From an uncultured Christensenella sp. (GTDB taxonomy: Bacteria > Bacillota > Clostridia > Christensenellales > UBA3700), in NCBI GenBank assembly GCA_949287655.1, contig CASEHD010000001.1, forward strand, positions 73,345-137,344: a DNA stretch of 64,000 nucleotides, written 5' to 3'. A program made the translations under genes and the position numbers. The notes under the pieces were generated by a model that saw only the letters and a program-made list of their open reading frames with translations, was not told where the DNA came from and searched no databases. Of the stretch, positions 46,236 through 57,038 are shown in pieces; the first letter of the stretch is position 1, and the number at the start of each line of letters is the position of its first letter.

Positions 46236-47489
46236 TTATCTTATAACGTCGTTAGCATAAATGGGATATTTCTCGCAGAGCGCTGCGACCTTCTTAGCGC
46301 ACCTTTCGACCGCCTCTTCGCCGTTGTCAACGATATCGGCGATACATTCGGCGATTATCACCATGTCGTCTTCCTTCATACCTCTCGAAGTGACCGCGGG
46401 GGTGCCCACTCTGACGCCGCTGGTGACGAACGGGGTCTGCTTGTCGAACGGAATCGCGTTCTTGTTGGCGGTGATGTGCGCCTTGTCGAGAAGCGCCTCA
46501 ATCTCCTTACCCGTTCTGCCCTTGTTGGTCAGGTCGATTAGCATAAGATGGTTGTCCGTACCGCCCGAAACGAGGCTGATACCTCTTTCGATAAGCTCGT
46601 TGCTCAGCTTCTTAGCGTTCTTGACGATCTGCTGCTGATATTTTTTGAAATCGTCGCTCATTGCTTCTTTGAACGCAACCGCCTTAGCCGCGATTATGTG
46701 CATAAGAGGACCGCCCTGCGTACCCGGGAAGATCGCTTTGTCGATCTGTTTGCCCAATTCTTCCTTGCAGAGGATAAGACCGCCTCTGGGACCTCTCAGA
46801 GTCTTGTGAGTGGTCGTCGTGACGACGTGAGCGTAAGGAACGGGGCTGGGGTGACAGCCCGCAGCGACGAGACCCGCAATGTGCGCCATATCCACCATCA
46901 GGTATGCGCCGACTTTGTCCGCGATCTCTCTGAATCTCTTGAAATCTATTATTCTGGGGTAAGCGCTTGCGCCCGCGAGTATCAGCTTGGGCTTGCACTC
47001 TTTCGCCAGTCTTTCGACCTCGTCGTAATCAATAAGACTTGTCTTTTCGTCAACGAAATAAGGCATGATATTGAAATATTTGCCGCTGATATTGACGGGA
47101 CTGCCGTGGCTGAGGTGTCCGCCGTGGGCGAGGCTCATGCTGAGGACGGTGTCGCCCGGCTGCAGCAAAGCAAAGAATACCGCAAGGTTTGCGCTCGCGC
47201 CGCAATGCGGCTGAACGTTGGCATATTCCGCGCCGAACAGCTCTTTCGCTCTCTCTATAGCCAGTCTTTCTGCTACGTCGACGTATTCGCAGCCGCCGTA
47301 ATATCTCTTGGACGGATAGCCTTCGGCATACTTGTTGGTCAGGTGTGTGCCTGCCGCCGCAAGAACAGCGGGAGAAACTATGTTCTCGCTCGCGATAAGC
47401 TCTATGTTGCCCTGTTGTCTTCTGAGTTCGGCTTCGAGGGCTTCGTAAAGCTCGACGTCAGCCTCTTTGATCGTTTTGAGGTCTATCAT
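46236..47489 (-). CDS. glyA: Serine hydroxymethyltransferase
   Basis: It has [21 protein letters not shown] and [14 protein letters not shown], which contains the PLP lysine. Confidence 0.97.
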   Translation of the reverse strand: MIDLKTIKEADVELYEALEAELRRQQGNIELIASENIVSPAVLAAAGTHLTNKYAEGYPSKRYYGGCEYVDVAERLAIERAKELFGAEYANVQPHCGASANLAVFFALLQPGDTVLSMSLAHGGHLSHGSPVNISGKYFNIMPYFVDEKTSLIDYDEVERLAKECKPKLILAGASAYPRIIDFKRFREIADKVGAYLMVDMAHIAGLVAAGCHPSPVPYAHVVTTTTHKTLRGPRGGLILCKEELGKQIDKAIFPGTQGGPLMHIIAAKAVAFKEAMSDDFKKYQQQIVKNAKKLSNELIERGISLVSGGTDNHLMLIDLTNKGRTGKEIEALLDKAHITANKNAIPFDKQTPFVTSGVRVGTPAVTSRGMKEDDMVIIAECIADIVDNGEEAVERCAKKVAALCEKYPIYANDVIR

Positions 47490-47626
47490 AATAACTCCTT
47501 AGTATTTAAAAATTATTATAGTCAAATTATACTACACGCGCGCGCAAAAGGCAAACGATAACGCCGCCAAAAAGCGACGCGTTATCTGCTTTTTCGCGCT
47601 GAAACGAGTTCATCTTACTATTTCGG

Positions 47627-47941
47627 TTATTGCTCAACGAACTTTTTAAGTTCGGCTTCGGGCATAAATCCCATTTGCTTCGCGACCGCCTCGCCGTTTT
47701 TTACGAGAACGAGGGTGGGTATCACCTGCACGCCGTACGCTTCTGCCGCGTCGACGTTCCTGTCGATGTCGACCTTGACGAAAGTCACGTCCTTTTCGTC
47801 TGCCGCAACTTTATCGAGCACGGGCGCAAGCATCTTGCACGGTCCGCACCAGGTCGCGAAAAAGTCGATAAGGACTTTGCCGTCCTTCGCCGTTACATCT
47901 TTAAGCTCAGCGGAGCTTATCTCTTTTACGAATTCGCTCAT
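47627..47941 (-). CDS. trxA: Thioredoxin
   Basis: A 104-aa protein with the WCGPCK active site. The RBS is AAAGGAG. Confidence 0.95.
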   Translation of the reverse strand: MSEFVKEISSAELKDVTAKDGKVLIDFFATWCGPCKMLAPVLDKVAADEKDVTFVKVDIDRNVDAAEAYGVQVIPTLVLVKNGEAVAKQMGFMPEAELKKFVEQ

Positions 47942-47972
47942 GATATTATCTCCTTTCCATATGATTATCGGT

Positions 47973-48653
47973 TTATTTTTTTATAAGTCCGAGCGCGATA
48001 TATCCGCCCATCTTTATCCCGCACGCCGCAGGATTGTACGGCACGCTCGCCACTCCGCTCGTCTTTTGCGGAAGTTCGCGGGTATAACAAACGTCGAGTT
48101 TCTTTACCCCCGCCGACTTCAGCATACTCCGCAGCTTTCTCGCTAACGGGTCGTACTGCGTTTTGAACACGTCGGTTATCTCAAAGTCGCACAGCGCGCT
48201 TCTGTTTCCCGCGCCGCACGCGCTTATTACGGGTATACCCTTTTTGCCGGCGAAACATACCAGCGCGACCTTGTCCGGAAGACTGTCGATGCAGTCTGCG
48301 ATATAATCTATATCGCCCGAAAGCAGGCTTTCCGCGCTTACTTCGGTAAACCTCGCCTGCACGGCGATGACGTCCGCGAGCGGGTTTATCGAAAGCGCTC
48401 TGTCTTTCGCCGCCTCGGCTTTTGGCATACCTACCGTGTCGACGGTCGCGATTATCTGGCGGTTTAAGTTGCTTTCCTCGACAACGTCGCCGTCGATAAG
48501 GATAAACGAGCCTACTCCCGCCCTCGCCAAAGTCTCGAGCACGTGACCGCCCACGCCGCCCAGTCCTACGACCGCGACGCGCGAACGTTCGAGCTTAGCG
48601 ACCGCGTCGTCGCCCAGAAGGGCTACCGTACGCGCTTTCGCCTGCGCTCTCAC
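47973..48653 (-). CDS. tcdA: ThiF/E1-like tRNA threonylcarbamoyladenosine dehydratase (TcdA-type)
   Basis: It has VAVVGLGGVGGHVLETLARAGVGSFILIDGDVVEESNLNRQ. The GTG start overlaps the aspS stop (GTGA). Confidence 0.8.
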   Translation of the reverse strand: MRAQAKARTVALLGDDAVAKLERSRVAVVGLGGVGGHVLETLARAGVGSFILIDGDVVEESNLNRQIIATVDTVGMPKAEAAKDRALSINPLADVIAVQARFTEVSAESLLSGDIDYIADCIDSLPDKVALVCFAGKKGIPVISACGAGNRSALCDFEITDVFKTQYDPLARKLRSMLKSAGVKKLDVCYTRELPQKTSGVASVPYNPAACGIKMGGYIALGLIKK

Positions 48654-50446
48654 TCTTTATCCGGCTTGCAAATAAGCGCAAGCTCTTCAAGCTGTTTTTC
48701 GTCCACGTTGGACGGAGCGCCTGTCATAAGGCAGGACGCGTTCTGCACCTTCGGGAACGCGATGACGTCCTTTATGTTGTCCGTGCCGCAGACTATCATC
48801 ACCAGTCTGTCGAGACCGAACGCGAGACCGCCGTGCGGAGGCGCGCCGTACCTGAACGCCTCGACGAAGAAACCGAACTTCGTCTCTATCTCTTCCTGCG
48901 TGAGTCCGAGAAGACCGAATATCTTTTCCTGCATACGCGGGTCGTGTATTCTTATACTGCCGCCGCCCGCTTCCTGTCCGTTGATAACGATATCGTAAGC
49001 GTTGGAACGGACTTTGAGAGGATCGGTATCGAGGAGCGGAATGTCCTCCGGCTTAGCCGCTGTAAACGGATGGTGCACCGCAACGTATCTGCCTTCCTCT
49101 TCGGAGTACTCGAGAAGAGGGAAATCGACAACCCACAAAAAGTCGAAAACGCTCTTGTCGTACAGCGAATATTTTTCAGCGAGGTAGCACCTCAGCGAAC
49201 CCAGCGTGGTGACGGTCGTCATATAACTTTCGTCCGCGACGACGAATATAACGTCGCCCTTTTCAGCGTCGAGCGCCTTGCATACAGCCTGTATCTGCTC
49301 TTCGGTCAGGAACTTGAAGAAGGACGATGTGATTGAGCCGTCTTCTTTGAGCATCGCGTAAGCGAGACCTTTCGCGCCGCAGCTCTTGGCGTAATCCGCG
49401 CAGGCGTCGACGTCCTTTCTGGTCATCGATTTGCAAAGCCCTTTCGCGTTTATACCTCTTACGCTGCCGCCAGCCGCGAGCGCGTTTGCGAATACGGAAA
49501 ATTCACAGCCTTCGATTGCGTCCGCAAGATCGTGAATCTCTAAGTCGTAACGGGTGTCCGGCTTATCGCTGCCCCAGCGCCTCATCGCCTCTTCGTAAGG
49601 TATGCGGCGGAAAGGTTTATCGAACTTAAGCCCGCAACATTCGGTAAACACCTTCTTTATCGCGCCTTCGGCTATCTCCATAACATCCTCGCTTTGCTCG
49701 ACGTAGGACATTTCCAGGTCGACCTGCGAAAATTCGGGCTGACGGTTGGCTCTCAGATCCTCGTCGCGGAAACAACGTGCGATCTGATAATATCTGTCCA
49801 TGCCCGATATCATCAGAAGCTGCTTGTATATCTGCGGCGACTGCGGAAGCGCGTAAAATTCACCGTGATGTATACGGCTGGGCACTAAGTAGTCGCGCGC
49901 GCCTTCGGGCGTGGATTTGCCCAGAAACGGGGTCTCTATTTCGAGGAAGCCGTTATCCGACAGATAATTTCTGAGGATCCTCGTGACCTTATCGCGCTGA
50001 ATAAGTATGTTCTGCAAAGAAGGTCTGCGCAGATCGAGATATCTGTATTTAAGTCTGAGCGTCTCGCCGACTTTTGCGTTTTCCGCGATCACGAACGGGG
50101 TTGTCTCAGCTTCCGACAAAATTTTCAGATCGTCCGCAAGGACCTCTATCTCTCCGGTCGGCATATTCGCGTTGACGTTGCCGCCGCGGCTTCTGACCAC
50201 GCCGCTCGCGCAGACGACAAACTCGTTTCTGACCGTCGTCGCCTTTTCGAAAACCGCCTTATCCACGTTGTCGTCGAACGCGACCTGGACGATGCCCGTC
50301 CTGTCTCTTACGTCGATGAACATAAGATTGCCCAGGTTGCGGTACTTCGCGACAAACCCCATCACCGTAACGCGGCTGCCGATATCCGAAGCCCTGTATT
50401 CTCCGCACATCTTAGTGCGTTTTGCTCCGTTTAAAAAGTCTACCAT
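48650..50446 (-). CDS. aspS: Aspartate--tRNA ligase
   Basis: It has the class IIb motifs (FRDEDLRANRQPEFSQVD, GGGSIRIH, GAPPHGGLAFGLDR) and the bacterial-type insertion domain. Confidence 0.97.
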   Translation of the reverse strand: MVDFLNGAKRTKMCGEYRASDIGSRVTVMGFVAKYRNLGNLMFIDVRDRTGIVQVAFDDNVDKAVFEKATTVRNEFVVCASGVVRSRGGNVNANMPTGEIEVLADDLKILSEAETTPFVIAENAKVGETLRLKYRYLDLRRPSLQNILIQRDKVTRILRNYLSDNGFLEIETPFLGKSTPEGARDYLVPSRIHHGEFYALPQSPQIYKQLLMISGMDRYYQIARCFRDEDLRANRQPEFSQVDLEMSYVEQSEDVMEIAEGAIKKVFTECCGLKFDKPFRRIPYEEAMRRWGSDKPDTRYDLEIHDLADAIEGCEFSVFANALAAGGSVRGINAKGLCKSMTRKDVDACADYAKSCGAKGLAYAMLKEDGSITSSFFKFLTEEQIQAVCKALDAEKGDVIFVVADESYMTTVTTLGSLRCYLAEKYSLYDKSVFDFLWVVDFPLLEYSEEEGRYVAVHHPFTAAKPEDIPLLDTDPLKVRSNAYDIVINGQEAGGGSIRIHDPRMQEKIFGLLGLTQEEIETKFGFFVEAFRYGAPPHGGLAFGLDRLVMIVCGTDNIKDVIAFPKVQNASCLMTGAPSNVDEKQLEELALICKPDKE

Positions 50447-50477
50447 ATGCTTTTTCTCCGTTATTTATCCCAAAAGT

Positions 50478-51734
50478 TTATTTCAGATTTGTAAGATATG
50501 CGGTAAGGTCCTTTCTCTTCACCTGTTCGGACGCGCCCGAAAGCAGGTTCTTGACCTGATATTCTCCACTTGCGATCTCGTCGGTGCCGACGACTATCAT
50601 ATAGCGCGCGCCCGTCTTGTTCACGTATTTGAGCTGCGCCTTGAAGCTTCTGCCGAGAAGGTCTGTATCGACAGATATTCCCGCGCTTCTGAGCATATTC
50701 GCCAGCAGCATCGCTTCGTCCTTCGCCTCGTCGCAGAGCGGAGCGATATATACGTCCGGCACGCCCGCTTCGCCGAACGGGAGCCCGAGCGCTTCCATCG
50801 TAAGTATCAGCCTTTCGAGACCCATGCCGAAGCCTACCGCCGGGCACGGCTTGCCGCCGACGTCCTCGATGAGGTCGTTGTATCTGCCGCCGCCGCTTAC
50901 GGTGCCCTGCGCGCCGATATCGGAAGAAATGAATTCGAACACGGTGCGGGTGTAGTAGTCGAGACCTCTGACGATGTGCGGGTTGACCTCAAAATTTATA
51001 CCCAGTTTCGTAAGCTGAGCGCATACGCTCTCGTGGTGCGCGCGGCAGTCGTCGCAGAGGTAATCCAAAATGACCGGAGCGCCTGCGGTTATCGCCTTGC
51101 ACCCCTCTTCCTTGCAGTCGAGTATCCTGAGCGGGTTTTTTTCAAATCTCTCACGGCAGGTCGGGCACATCTTGTCCAGCTTTGAGCGCAGATACTCTTT
51201 GAGCGCATCGTTGTAATCCTTGCGGCACTTTCTGCAACCTATGCTGTTGATGTTCAGCTTGAGCTTGGTTATGCCGAGACGGTCGAAAAAGGTCTTTGCT
51301 ATCATCATTACTTCGACGTCCGCGTACGGGCTGTCGCTGCCGTAATACTCGACGCCGAACTGGTGGTGTTCCCTGAGTCTGCCCGCCTGCGGTCTTTCGT
51401 AGCGGAATACCGGGGTGATATAATACATCTTTGTCGGTTGCGCGCCGGCGTAAAGCGAATTTTCGATGAACGCGCGCGCTACTCCCGCCGTGCCTTCTGG
51501 TTTAAGGGTGATGCTTCTGCCTCCCTTGTCCTCAAAGGTGTACATTTCCTTATTGACTATATCCGTCGTGTCGCCTACGCCGCGCAGAAAAAGCTCTGTA
51601 TGTTCGAAGGTCGGGGTGCGTATCTCGCAGGCGCAGAAATCCTTCGCGGTCTTTCTGGCAAGATCCTCGACGTAGTGCCATTTATACGACTCCTGAGGGA
51701 GTACGTCCTTTGTGCCCTTGGGTATGTTTATCAT
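50478..51734 (-). CDS. hisS: Histidine--tRNA ligase
   Basis: It has PKGTKD, FRYERPQAGRLREHHQFGVE and GGGRYNDL. Confidence 0.97.
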   Translation of the reverse strand: MINIPKGTKDVLPQESYKWHYVEDLARKTAKDFCACEIRTPTFEHTELFLRGVGDTTDIVNKEMYTFEDKGGRSITLKPEGTAGVARAFIENSLYAGAQPTKMYYITPVFRYERPQAGRLREHHQFGVEYYGSDSPYADVEVMMIAKTFFDRLGITKLKLNINSIGCRKCRKDYNDALKEYLRSKLDKMCPTCRERFEKNPLRILDCKEEGCKAITAGAPVILDYLCDDCRAHHESVCAQLTKLGINFEVNPHIVRGLDYYTRTVFEFISSDIGAQGTVSGGGRYNDLIEDVGGKPCPAVGFGMGLERLILTMEALGLPFGEAGVPDVYIAPLCDEAKDEAMLLANMLRSAGISVDTDLLGRSFKAQLKYVNKTGARYMIVVGTDEIASGEYQVKNLLSGASEQVKRKDLTAYLTNLK

Positions 51735-51750
51735 AGTTTATCCTTTTGCT

Positions 51751-53061
51751 TTACAGCACGTATTTGCGAAGATTGAGCGTCTTTATCGTCTTGTCGAGAT
51801 GCTCTAAAACGTAGTTTTTGTCTATCCTTACGGTGACCTCGCTGTCAAGGTTGCCCGCGTTGTAGGATATGTCGTCGAGCAGGCTTTCCATTATCGTATG
51901 CAACCTTCTCGCGCCGATGTTTTCGCTGTTTTCGTTCTCCGCCGCCGCGACCGAAGCTATCTCTCTTATCGCTTCGTCGGTGAATTCAAGCAGCACTTTG
52001 TCGACCTTGAGCAGCTGTTCGTACTGCCTTAAAATCGCGTTGTCCGTCTTAGTTAATATCTCTACGAAATCGTTCTCGGTAAGGCTGTCCAGTTTTACGT
52101 TTATCGGGAATCTGCCCTGAAGTTCTGGGATAAGGTCGGACACCGACGAGATATGGAACGCGCCCGCCGCGATGAACAATATATAGTCCGTCTTTATCTG
52201 TCCGTACTTGGTGTTGACCGTACAGCCTTCTACTATCGGCAGGATATCCCTCTGAACACCCTCTCTGGATACGTCGGGGCCGTTGCCCGCTCCCTTACCG
52301 GCGATCTTGTCCATTTCGTCGATAAATATAATGCCTTCGTTTTCCGCGCGGCGTATAGCCTCCGCGTTCACGTTATCCTGGTCGATAAGCCTTTCCGCTT
52401 CGCTTTCCATAAGCACGGAATAAGCGCGCGCGACGGTGACTTTTTTCAGCTTTTTGCGCTTGGGAAGTATGCCGCCCATAATGTCGCCGATATTGATCTC
52501 GACCCCGCCCGGCATCAGCTGCTGCGGTTTATTGCCTTCGGGAAGCTCTATCTCTATCGTAAGATTGTCCAGCGCGCCGCTTTCCAGTTCTTTTTTGACG
52601 ATCTCTTTTATCTCGTCGTCGGATTTATCCGCGTAAACGGACTTTCTGAGCGGGAAAACCGCCTTGAAAAGCTGAGCGTATACGTTGGCTTTCGCCTTTA
52701 TCTCAACATCCTTCATCATCTCGTCGCGGACCATGCGTACGGACGCTTCAGCGAGGTCTCTTATCATCGACTCAACGTCTCTTCCGACGTAGCCGACCTC
52801 AGTATATTTAGTCGCTTCGACCTTTACGAACGGAGCCTTGACGAGCTTTGCGAGCCTTCTCGCGATCTCTGTCTTACCCACGCCGGTGGGACCCTGCATG
52901 ATTATGTTCTTGGGGGTTATCTCCTCTCTGACATCGGGGGGAAGCTGACTGCGGCGGTAACGGTTTCTGAGCGCGACCGCGACCGCTTTTTTCGCGTTGT
53001 GCTGACCGATGATGTATCTGTCAAGCTCTCTTACTATTTGTTTTGGGGTAAGTTTTTCCAT
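51751..53061 (-). CDS. hslU: ATP-dependent protease ATPase subunit HslU (436 aa)
   Basis: It has [32 protein letters not shown] and IIFIDEMDKI. The start is trimmed to the ATG at 53059-53061. Confidence 0.95.
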   Translation of the reverse strand: MEKLTPKQIVRELDRYIIGQHNAKKAVAVALRNRYRRSQLPPDVREEITPKNIIMQGPTGVGKTEIARRLAKLVKAPFVKVEATKYTEVGYVGRDVESMIRDLAEASVRMVRDEMMKDVEIKAKANVYAQLFKAVFPLRKSVYADKSDDEIKEIVKKELESGALDNLTIEIELPEGNKPQQLMPGGVEINIGDIMGGILPKRKKLKKVTVARAYSVLMESEAERLIDQDNVNAEAIRRAENEGIIFIDEMDKIAGKGAGNGPDVSREGVQRDILPIVEGCTVNTKYGQIKTDYILFIAAGAFHISSVSDLIPELQGRFPINVKLDSLTENDFVEILTKTDNAILRQYEQLLKVDKVLLEFTDEAIREIASVAAAENENSENIGARRLHTIMESLLDDISYNAGNLDSEVTVRIDKNYVLEHLDKTIKTLNLRKYVL

Positions 53062-53062
53062 A

Positions 53063-53602
53063 TTACACCTCCTCGACAACTATGTTATCGTTGGTGAACA
53101 CGCACAGTTCGCTGGCTATTTTCAGCGCCTTATACGCGATCTCCTTTGCTGAAAGATCTGTTTCTTTGAGAAGCGCCCTCGCCGCAGCCAAAGCGTAGTT
53201 GCCGCCCGAGCCGATCGCGCACGCGTCGCCGTCCGGGTCGATAACGTCGCCGCTGCCGGACACGATGTAAAGTTCGTCTTTATCAGCGACTATCATCATC
53301 GCTTCCAGCTTTCTGGGAAGTTTGTCGTTTCTCCACAGTTCAGCCAGTTCGACCGCGCTTCTCATAAGGTTTCCCGAATATTTCTGCAACATCTTTTCAA
53401 ATTTTTCGCTGAGTGTGAAAGCGTCCGAAACGGAGCCGGCAAAGCCTATCACGACCTTGTCGTCGTAGATCCTCTTGACTTTTTTCGCCGTACCTTTCAG
53501 TATAACGCTTTCGCCCATTGTTACCTGTCCGTCGCCCGCTATCGCTATCTTTCCGTCTCTGCGGACGGCGCAGATCGTAGTGCCTCTAAGTTCAGTGCTC
53601 AT
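53063..53602 (-). CDS. hslV: ATP-dependent protease subunit HslV
   Basis: The N-terminus ...[11 protein letters not shown] provides the Thr nucleophile, and [14 protein letters not shown] is present. Confidence 0.95.
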   Translation of the reverse strand: MSTELRGTTICAVRRDGKIAIAGDGQVTMGESVILKGTAKKVKRIYDDKVVIGFAGSVSDAFTLSEKFEKMLQKYSGNLMRSAVELAELWRNDKLPRKLEAMMIVADKDELYIVSGSGDVIDPDGDACAIGSGGNYALAAARALLKETDLSAKEIAYKALKIASELCVFTNDNIVVEEV

Positions 53603-53614
53603 ATAGCCTCCTTT

Positions 53615-54919
53615 TCAGATCCCGCGGCATTCGATAAACCGCTTCATATCCTGTACGCCGCGCTTAAAATACGCGGCTTTACGCATTTTTTTGTCTCTTA
53701 TTTTTTCGCCCGCAGGCGGTAATATTCCGAAATTCGCGTTCATCGGCTGGTAATTTTCGCTGTCAGTCGAAACGTGCCGCTGAAGCTGTCCGCATATCGT
53801 CGTGGCAGGAAAAACTATCTCCTCCCCGCCCGTCGCCTTAGCGTATATGTTGAGCGCCGCTATAAGTCCGCTCGCTATGCTCTCGACGTAGCCTTCGACG
53901 CCCGTCATCTGCCCCGCGAACGCTATGCTTTCGTTCTCTCTGAGCAAAAAACCCGCGGTAAGCAGCTTGGGCGCGCAAATGAACGTGTTGCGGTGCATCA
54001 CGCCGTATCTTAAAAATTCCGCGTTTTTAAGCGCCGGTATCATTCCGAACACCCTTTTCTGCTCCCCGAAAGTAAGATTGGTCTGAAATCCGACGAGATT
54101 GTACGCGGTACCGTGAGCGTTTTCCTTTCTGAGCTGTACGACCGCGTAAGGCCGTTTTCCGTCTTTGTCTCTTATCCCGACGGGGCGCATGGGTCCGTAT
54201 CTCAACGTGTCGCCGCCCCTCTTTGCCATAACTTCTACCGGCATGCACGCTTCGAATATCTCTCTCTTGTCGAATTCGTGCAACGTCGCGACTTTCGCGT
54301 TCACCAGTTCTTTTACGAACGCGTCGTATTCTTCTTTTGTCAGCGGACAGTTCAGATAATCGGTCGGGTCGCCCTTGTCGTACCTGGTCGCGAAAAACGC
54401 GCTGTCCATATCCACGCTTTCCGCGTCGACTATCGGCGCGACGGCGTCGTAAAAGCCCAGATGATCGGCTCCCAGCCTGTCCGCTATCGCTTTTGCGAGC
54501 GCGTCCGACGTAAGCGGTCCGCTGGCTATCACTGCGGGATATTCAAAGTCGAGAGATGTTATCTCCTTTCTTTCCAGCCTGAAATTTTCAAACGCAAAAA
54601 GCTTCTTTTCGACCTCTTTTGAAAACTTCTCTCTGTCCACCGCAAGCGCTCCGCCCGCAGGCACGCGGCATTCTCGCGCACACTTCAATAACATACAGTC
54701 GAGCTCGTTAAGTTCGGCTTTCAAAAGTCCGCTCGCCGTGTCTTCCGCTTCGCTCTTTAAGCTGTTGCTGCAAACCAGTTCTGCTAAGCTGTCCGTCTTA
54801 TGGCACGGGGTGCTTCCGGCGCCGCGAAGTTCATACATCACGACCTCAACGCCTCTTTTAAGGAGCTGATACGCGGCTTCGCTGCCCGCCAATCCGCCGC
54901 CTACGACGTCAATCCTCAT
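53615..54919 (-). CDS. trmFO: Methylenetetrahydrofolate--tRNA-(uracil-5-)-methyltransferase TrmFO
   Basis: It has the FAD motif VVGGGLAGSEAA, SNSLKS and GQMTGVEGYVES. Confidence 0.95.
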   Translation of the reverse strand: MRIDVVGGGLAGSEAAYQLLKRGVEVVMYELRGAGSTPCHKTDSLAELVCSNSLKSEAEDTASGLLKAELNELDCMLLKCARECRVPAGGALAVDREKFSKEVEKKLFAFENFRLERKEITSLDFEYPAVIASGPLTSDALAKAIADRLGADHLGFYDAVAPIVDAESVDMDSAFFATRYDKGDPTDYLNCPLTKEEYDAFVKELVNAKVATLHEFDKREIFEACMPVEVMAKRGGDTLRYGPMRPVGIRDKDGKRPYAVVQLRKENAHGTAYNLVGFQTNLTFGEQKRVFGMIPALKNAEFLRYGVMHRNTFICAPKLLTAGFLLRENESIAFAGQMTGVEGYVESIASGLIAALNIYAKATGGEEIVFPATTICGQLQRHVSTDSENYQPMNANFGILPPAGEKIRDKKMRKAAYFKRGVQDMKRFIECRGI

Positions 54920-57029
54920 TCTTATCCCCGTTATCCGCAGGCGGTATGACTTCGGTATGCTTACATTCCTTTCCCGCGCATACGTATTTAGTATTGCCCG
55001 CCTTATCCTTAAACATCTTCATATAGCTTCCGCATTCGGGGCACAGCTTGGGAGCGGGAACGTCCCAAGAATAAAAATCGCATTTTGGATAGTTCGCGCA
55101 CGCGTAGTACGCCTTGCCCTTTTTGGATATCCTTCTGAACACGTCGCCGCCGCACTTGGGACATTTCGCGACCGGCTCGCCTATCGGCTTTATGTTCTTG
55201 CACTTGGGATAGTTGGGGCAAGCGAGGAATTTGCCGTATCTGCCCTCTTTGACTACCATCTTCGCACCGCACTTTTCGCATATCACGTCGCTGACTTCCT
55301 CTTTGGGTTTGACCTTGACCGTGTTGTCGCCGCGCGCTTTGAGTACCCTTTCGTGGAAACCGGGATAGAAATCCGCTATTACTGACTGCCACTGAGTGGA
55401 GCCGTCCTCTATCTTATCCAGGTCGCTTTCCATATTGGACGTAAAGTTGACGTCCATTATATACGGAAAATACTTACACAGGCAGTCGCAGGCAAGTTCC
55501 CCCAGTTCAGTCGGCAAAATGTATTTGCCTTCCTTATCCGTGTACTTTCTCTTTGCCAGCACTGTTATCGTCGCCGCGTAAGTGCTCGGGCGTCCGATGC
55601 CGTTTTCTTCCATTGCCTTGACCAGCGTGGAGTCTGTGTATCTGAGCGGCGGTTTGGTGAATTTCTGCTCGCTCTGCATCTCTTTGAGAGCGAGCGGCTG
55701 ACCCTCTTTAAAATCGGGAAGGGTCTTGCTGTCCTTCTCCTCTTCGCCATCGCTGACCGGGGTGTACGCTGCCAGATAGCCTTTGAAAACGAGCGTCCTT
55801 CCTTTAAGCGTATAGCCGCAGGTGTGCCCGTTGGGGTTGAGCGAATTGATATGCACGTTCAGAGTGTCGTAGACCGCGTTCGCCATCTGCGAAGCTACGA
55901 AACGGTCGTAGATCAGCTTATACAGCTTGTAGATATTGCGCGGGACCTTGTCCTTGATGGATTCCGGCGTGCGGTCGAGCGAAATGGGTCTTATCGCCTC
56001 GTGCGCGTCCTGCGCGCCCTTCTTAGTAACGTAGACGTTCGGCTTTTTGGGGCAATAGTCCGCGCCGTAATTATTGCTTATAAACGCCAGCGCTTCCCTT
56101 TGCGCGTCGTCCGAAATACGCACGCTGTCGGTACGGATATAGGTAACGAGAGCGACTTGCCCTTCCGCGCCCAGCTCAACGCCTTCGTAAAGCTGCTGCG
56201 CGAGCTGCATTACCTGCGGAGCGGTAAGCGAAAGCTTGCCCGACGCGTCCTGCTGCATCGTAGAGGTGGTGAACGGAGGCTGCGGCTTGGACTGAGAATT
56301 CACTCTCTTTACCTTATCCACGCTCCACGTTCCCTCTTTTGAAGCTTTTACTATCTTTTCCGCGGCTTCTTTGTTTTTCGCCTCGTATTTCTTGCCGTCC
56401 ACGTCGACGAATTCGCATTTGAAAACCGCGCTCTTGCCTTCCTGAAGCACGAATGCGTATATGTTCCAGTATTCTTCCGGTTTGAAATTGCGGATCTCGC
56501 GCTCTCTCTGCACTATCATTTTGAGGGCGACGGACTGCACTCTTCCCGCGCTCATCGCGCCTGTTACCTTGCGCGAAATGACCGGCGAAAGCTCATAGCC
56601 GACCAGTCGGTCAAGCACGCGGCGCGCCTGTTGCGCGTTGACGAGATTCATATTTATCCCGTGCGGCTCCTGTATCGCGGCGTTGACCGCCTTTTTTGAT
56701 ATCTCGTTGAACACGATACGCACGTTCTTTTCCTTTATCCCGCACACGTTGGCAAGGTGCCAGGAAATGGCTTCCCCTTCGCGGTCGGGGTCGGTCGCGA
56801 GATATACTTTGTCGCATTTAGCCAGCTCGTTTTTAATACGCTTTATCGTCTCTTCTTTTGAGGGCGTGATCACGTATTCGGGCTTGTAGTTGTTGTTTAC
56901 GTCTATACCCAGGCTCTTCTGCGGCAGGTCGCTGACGTGACCGCCGGAAGCGATGACCCTGTAACCGGGTCCCAGGTACTTTGTAATTGTCTTTGCCTTT
57001 GAAGGCGACTCCACTATGACAAGTTTCAT
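54909..57029 (-). CDS. topA: DNA topoisomerase I
   Basis: It has the TOPRIM N-terminus (LVIVESPSKAKTI), the active-site region GVALVTYIRTDS and C-terminal C4 zinc ribbons. Confidence 0.97.
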   Translation of the reverse strand: MKLVIVESPSKAKTITKYLGPGYRVIASGGHVSDLPQKSLGIDVNNNYKPEYVITPSKEETIKRIKNELAKCDKVYLATDPDREGEAISWHLANVCGIKEKNVRIVFNEISKKAVNAAIQEPHGINMNLVNAQQARRVLDRLVGYELSPVISRKVTGAMSAGRVQSVALKMIVQREREIRNFKPEEYWNIYAFVLQEGKSAVFKCEFVDVDGKKYEAKNKEAAEKIVKASKEGTWSVDKVKRVNSQSKPQPPFTTSTMQQDASGKLSLTAPQVMQLAQQLYEGVELGAEGQVALVTYIRTDSVRISDDAQREALAFISNNYGADYCPKKPNVYVTKKGAQDAHEAIRPISLDRTPESIKDKVPRNIYKLYKLIYDRFVASQMANAVYDTLNVHINSLNPNGHTCGYTLKGRTLVFKGYLAAYTPVSDGEEEKDSKTLPDFKEGQPLALKEMQSEQKFTKPPLRYTDSTLVKAMEENGIGRPSTYAATITVLAKRKYTDKEGKYILPTELGELACDCLCKYFPYIMDVNFTSNMESDLDKIEDGSTQWQSVIADFYPGFHERVLKARGDNTVKVKPKEEVSDVICEKCGAKMVVKEGRYGKFLACPNYPKCKNIKPIGEPVAKCPKCGGDVFRRISKKGKAYYACANYPKCDFYSWDVPAPKLCPECGSYMKMFKDKAGNTKYVCAGKECKHTEVIPPADNGDKNED

Positions 57030-57038
57030 TATAACTCC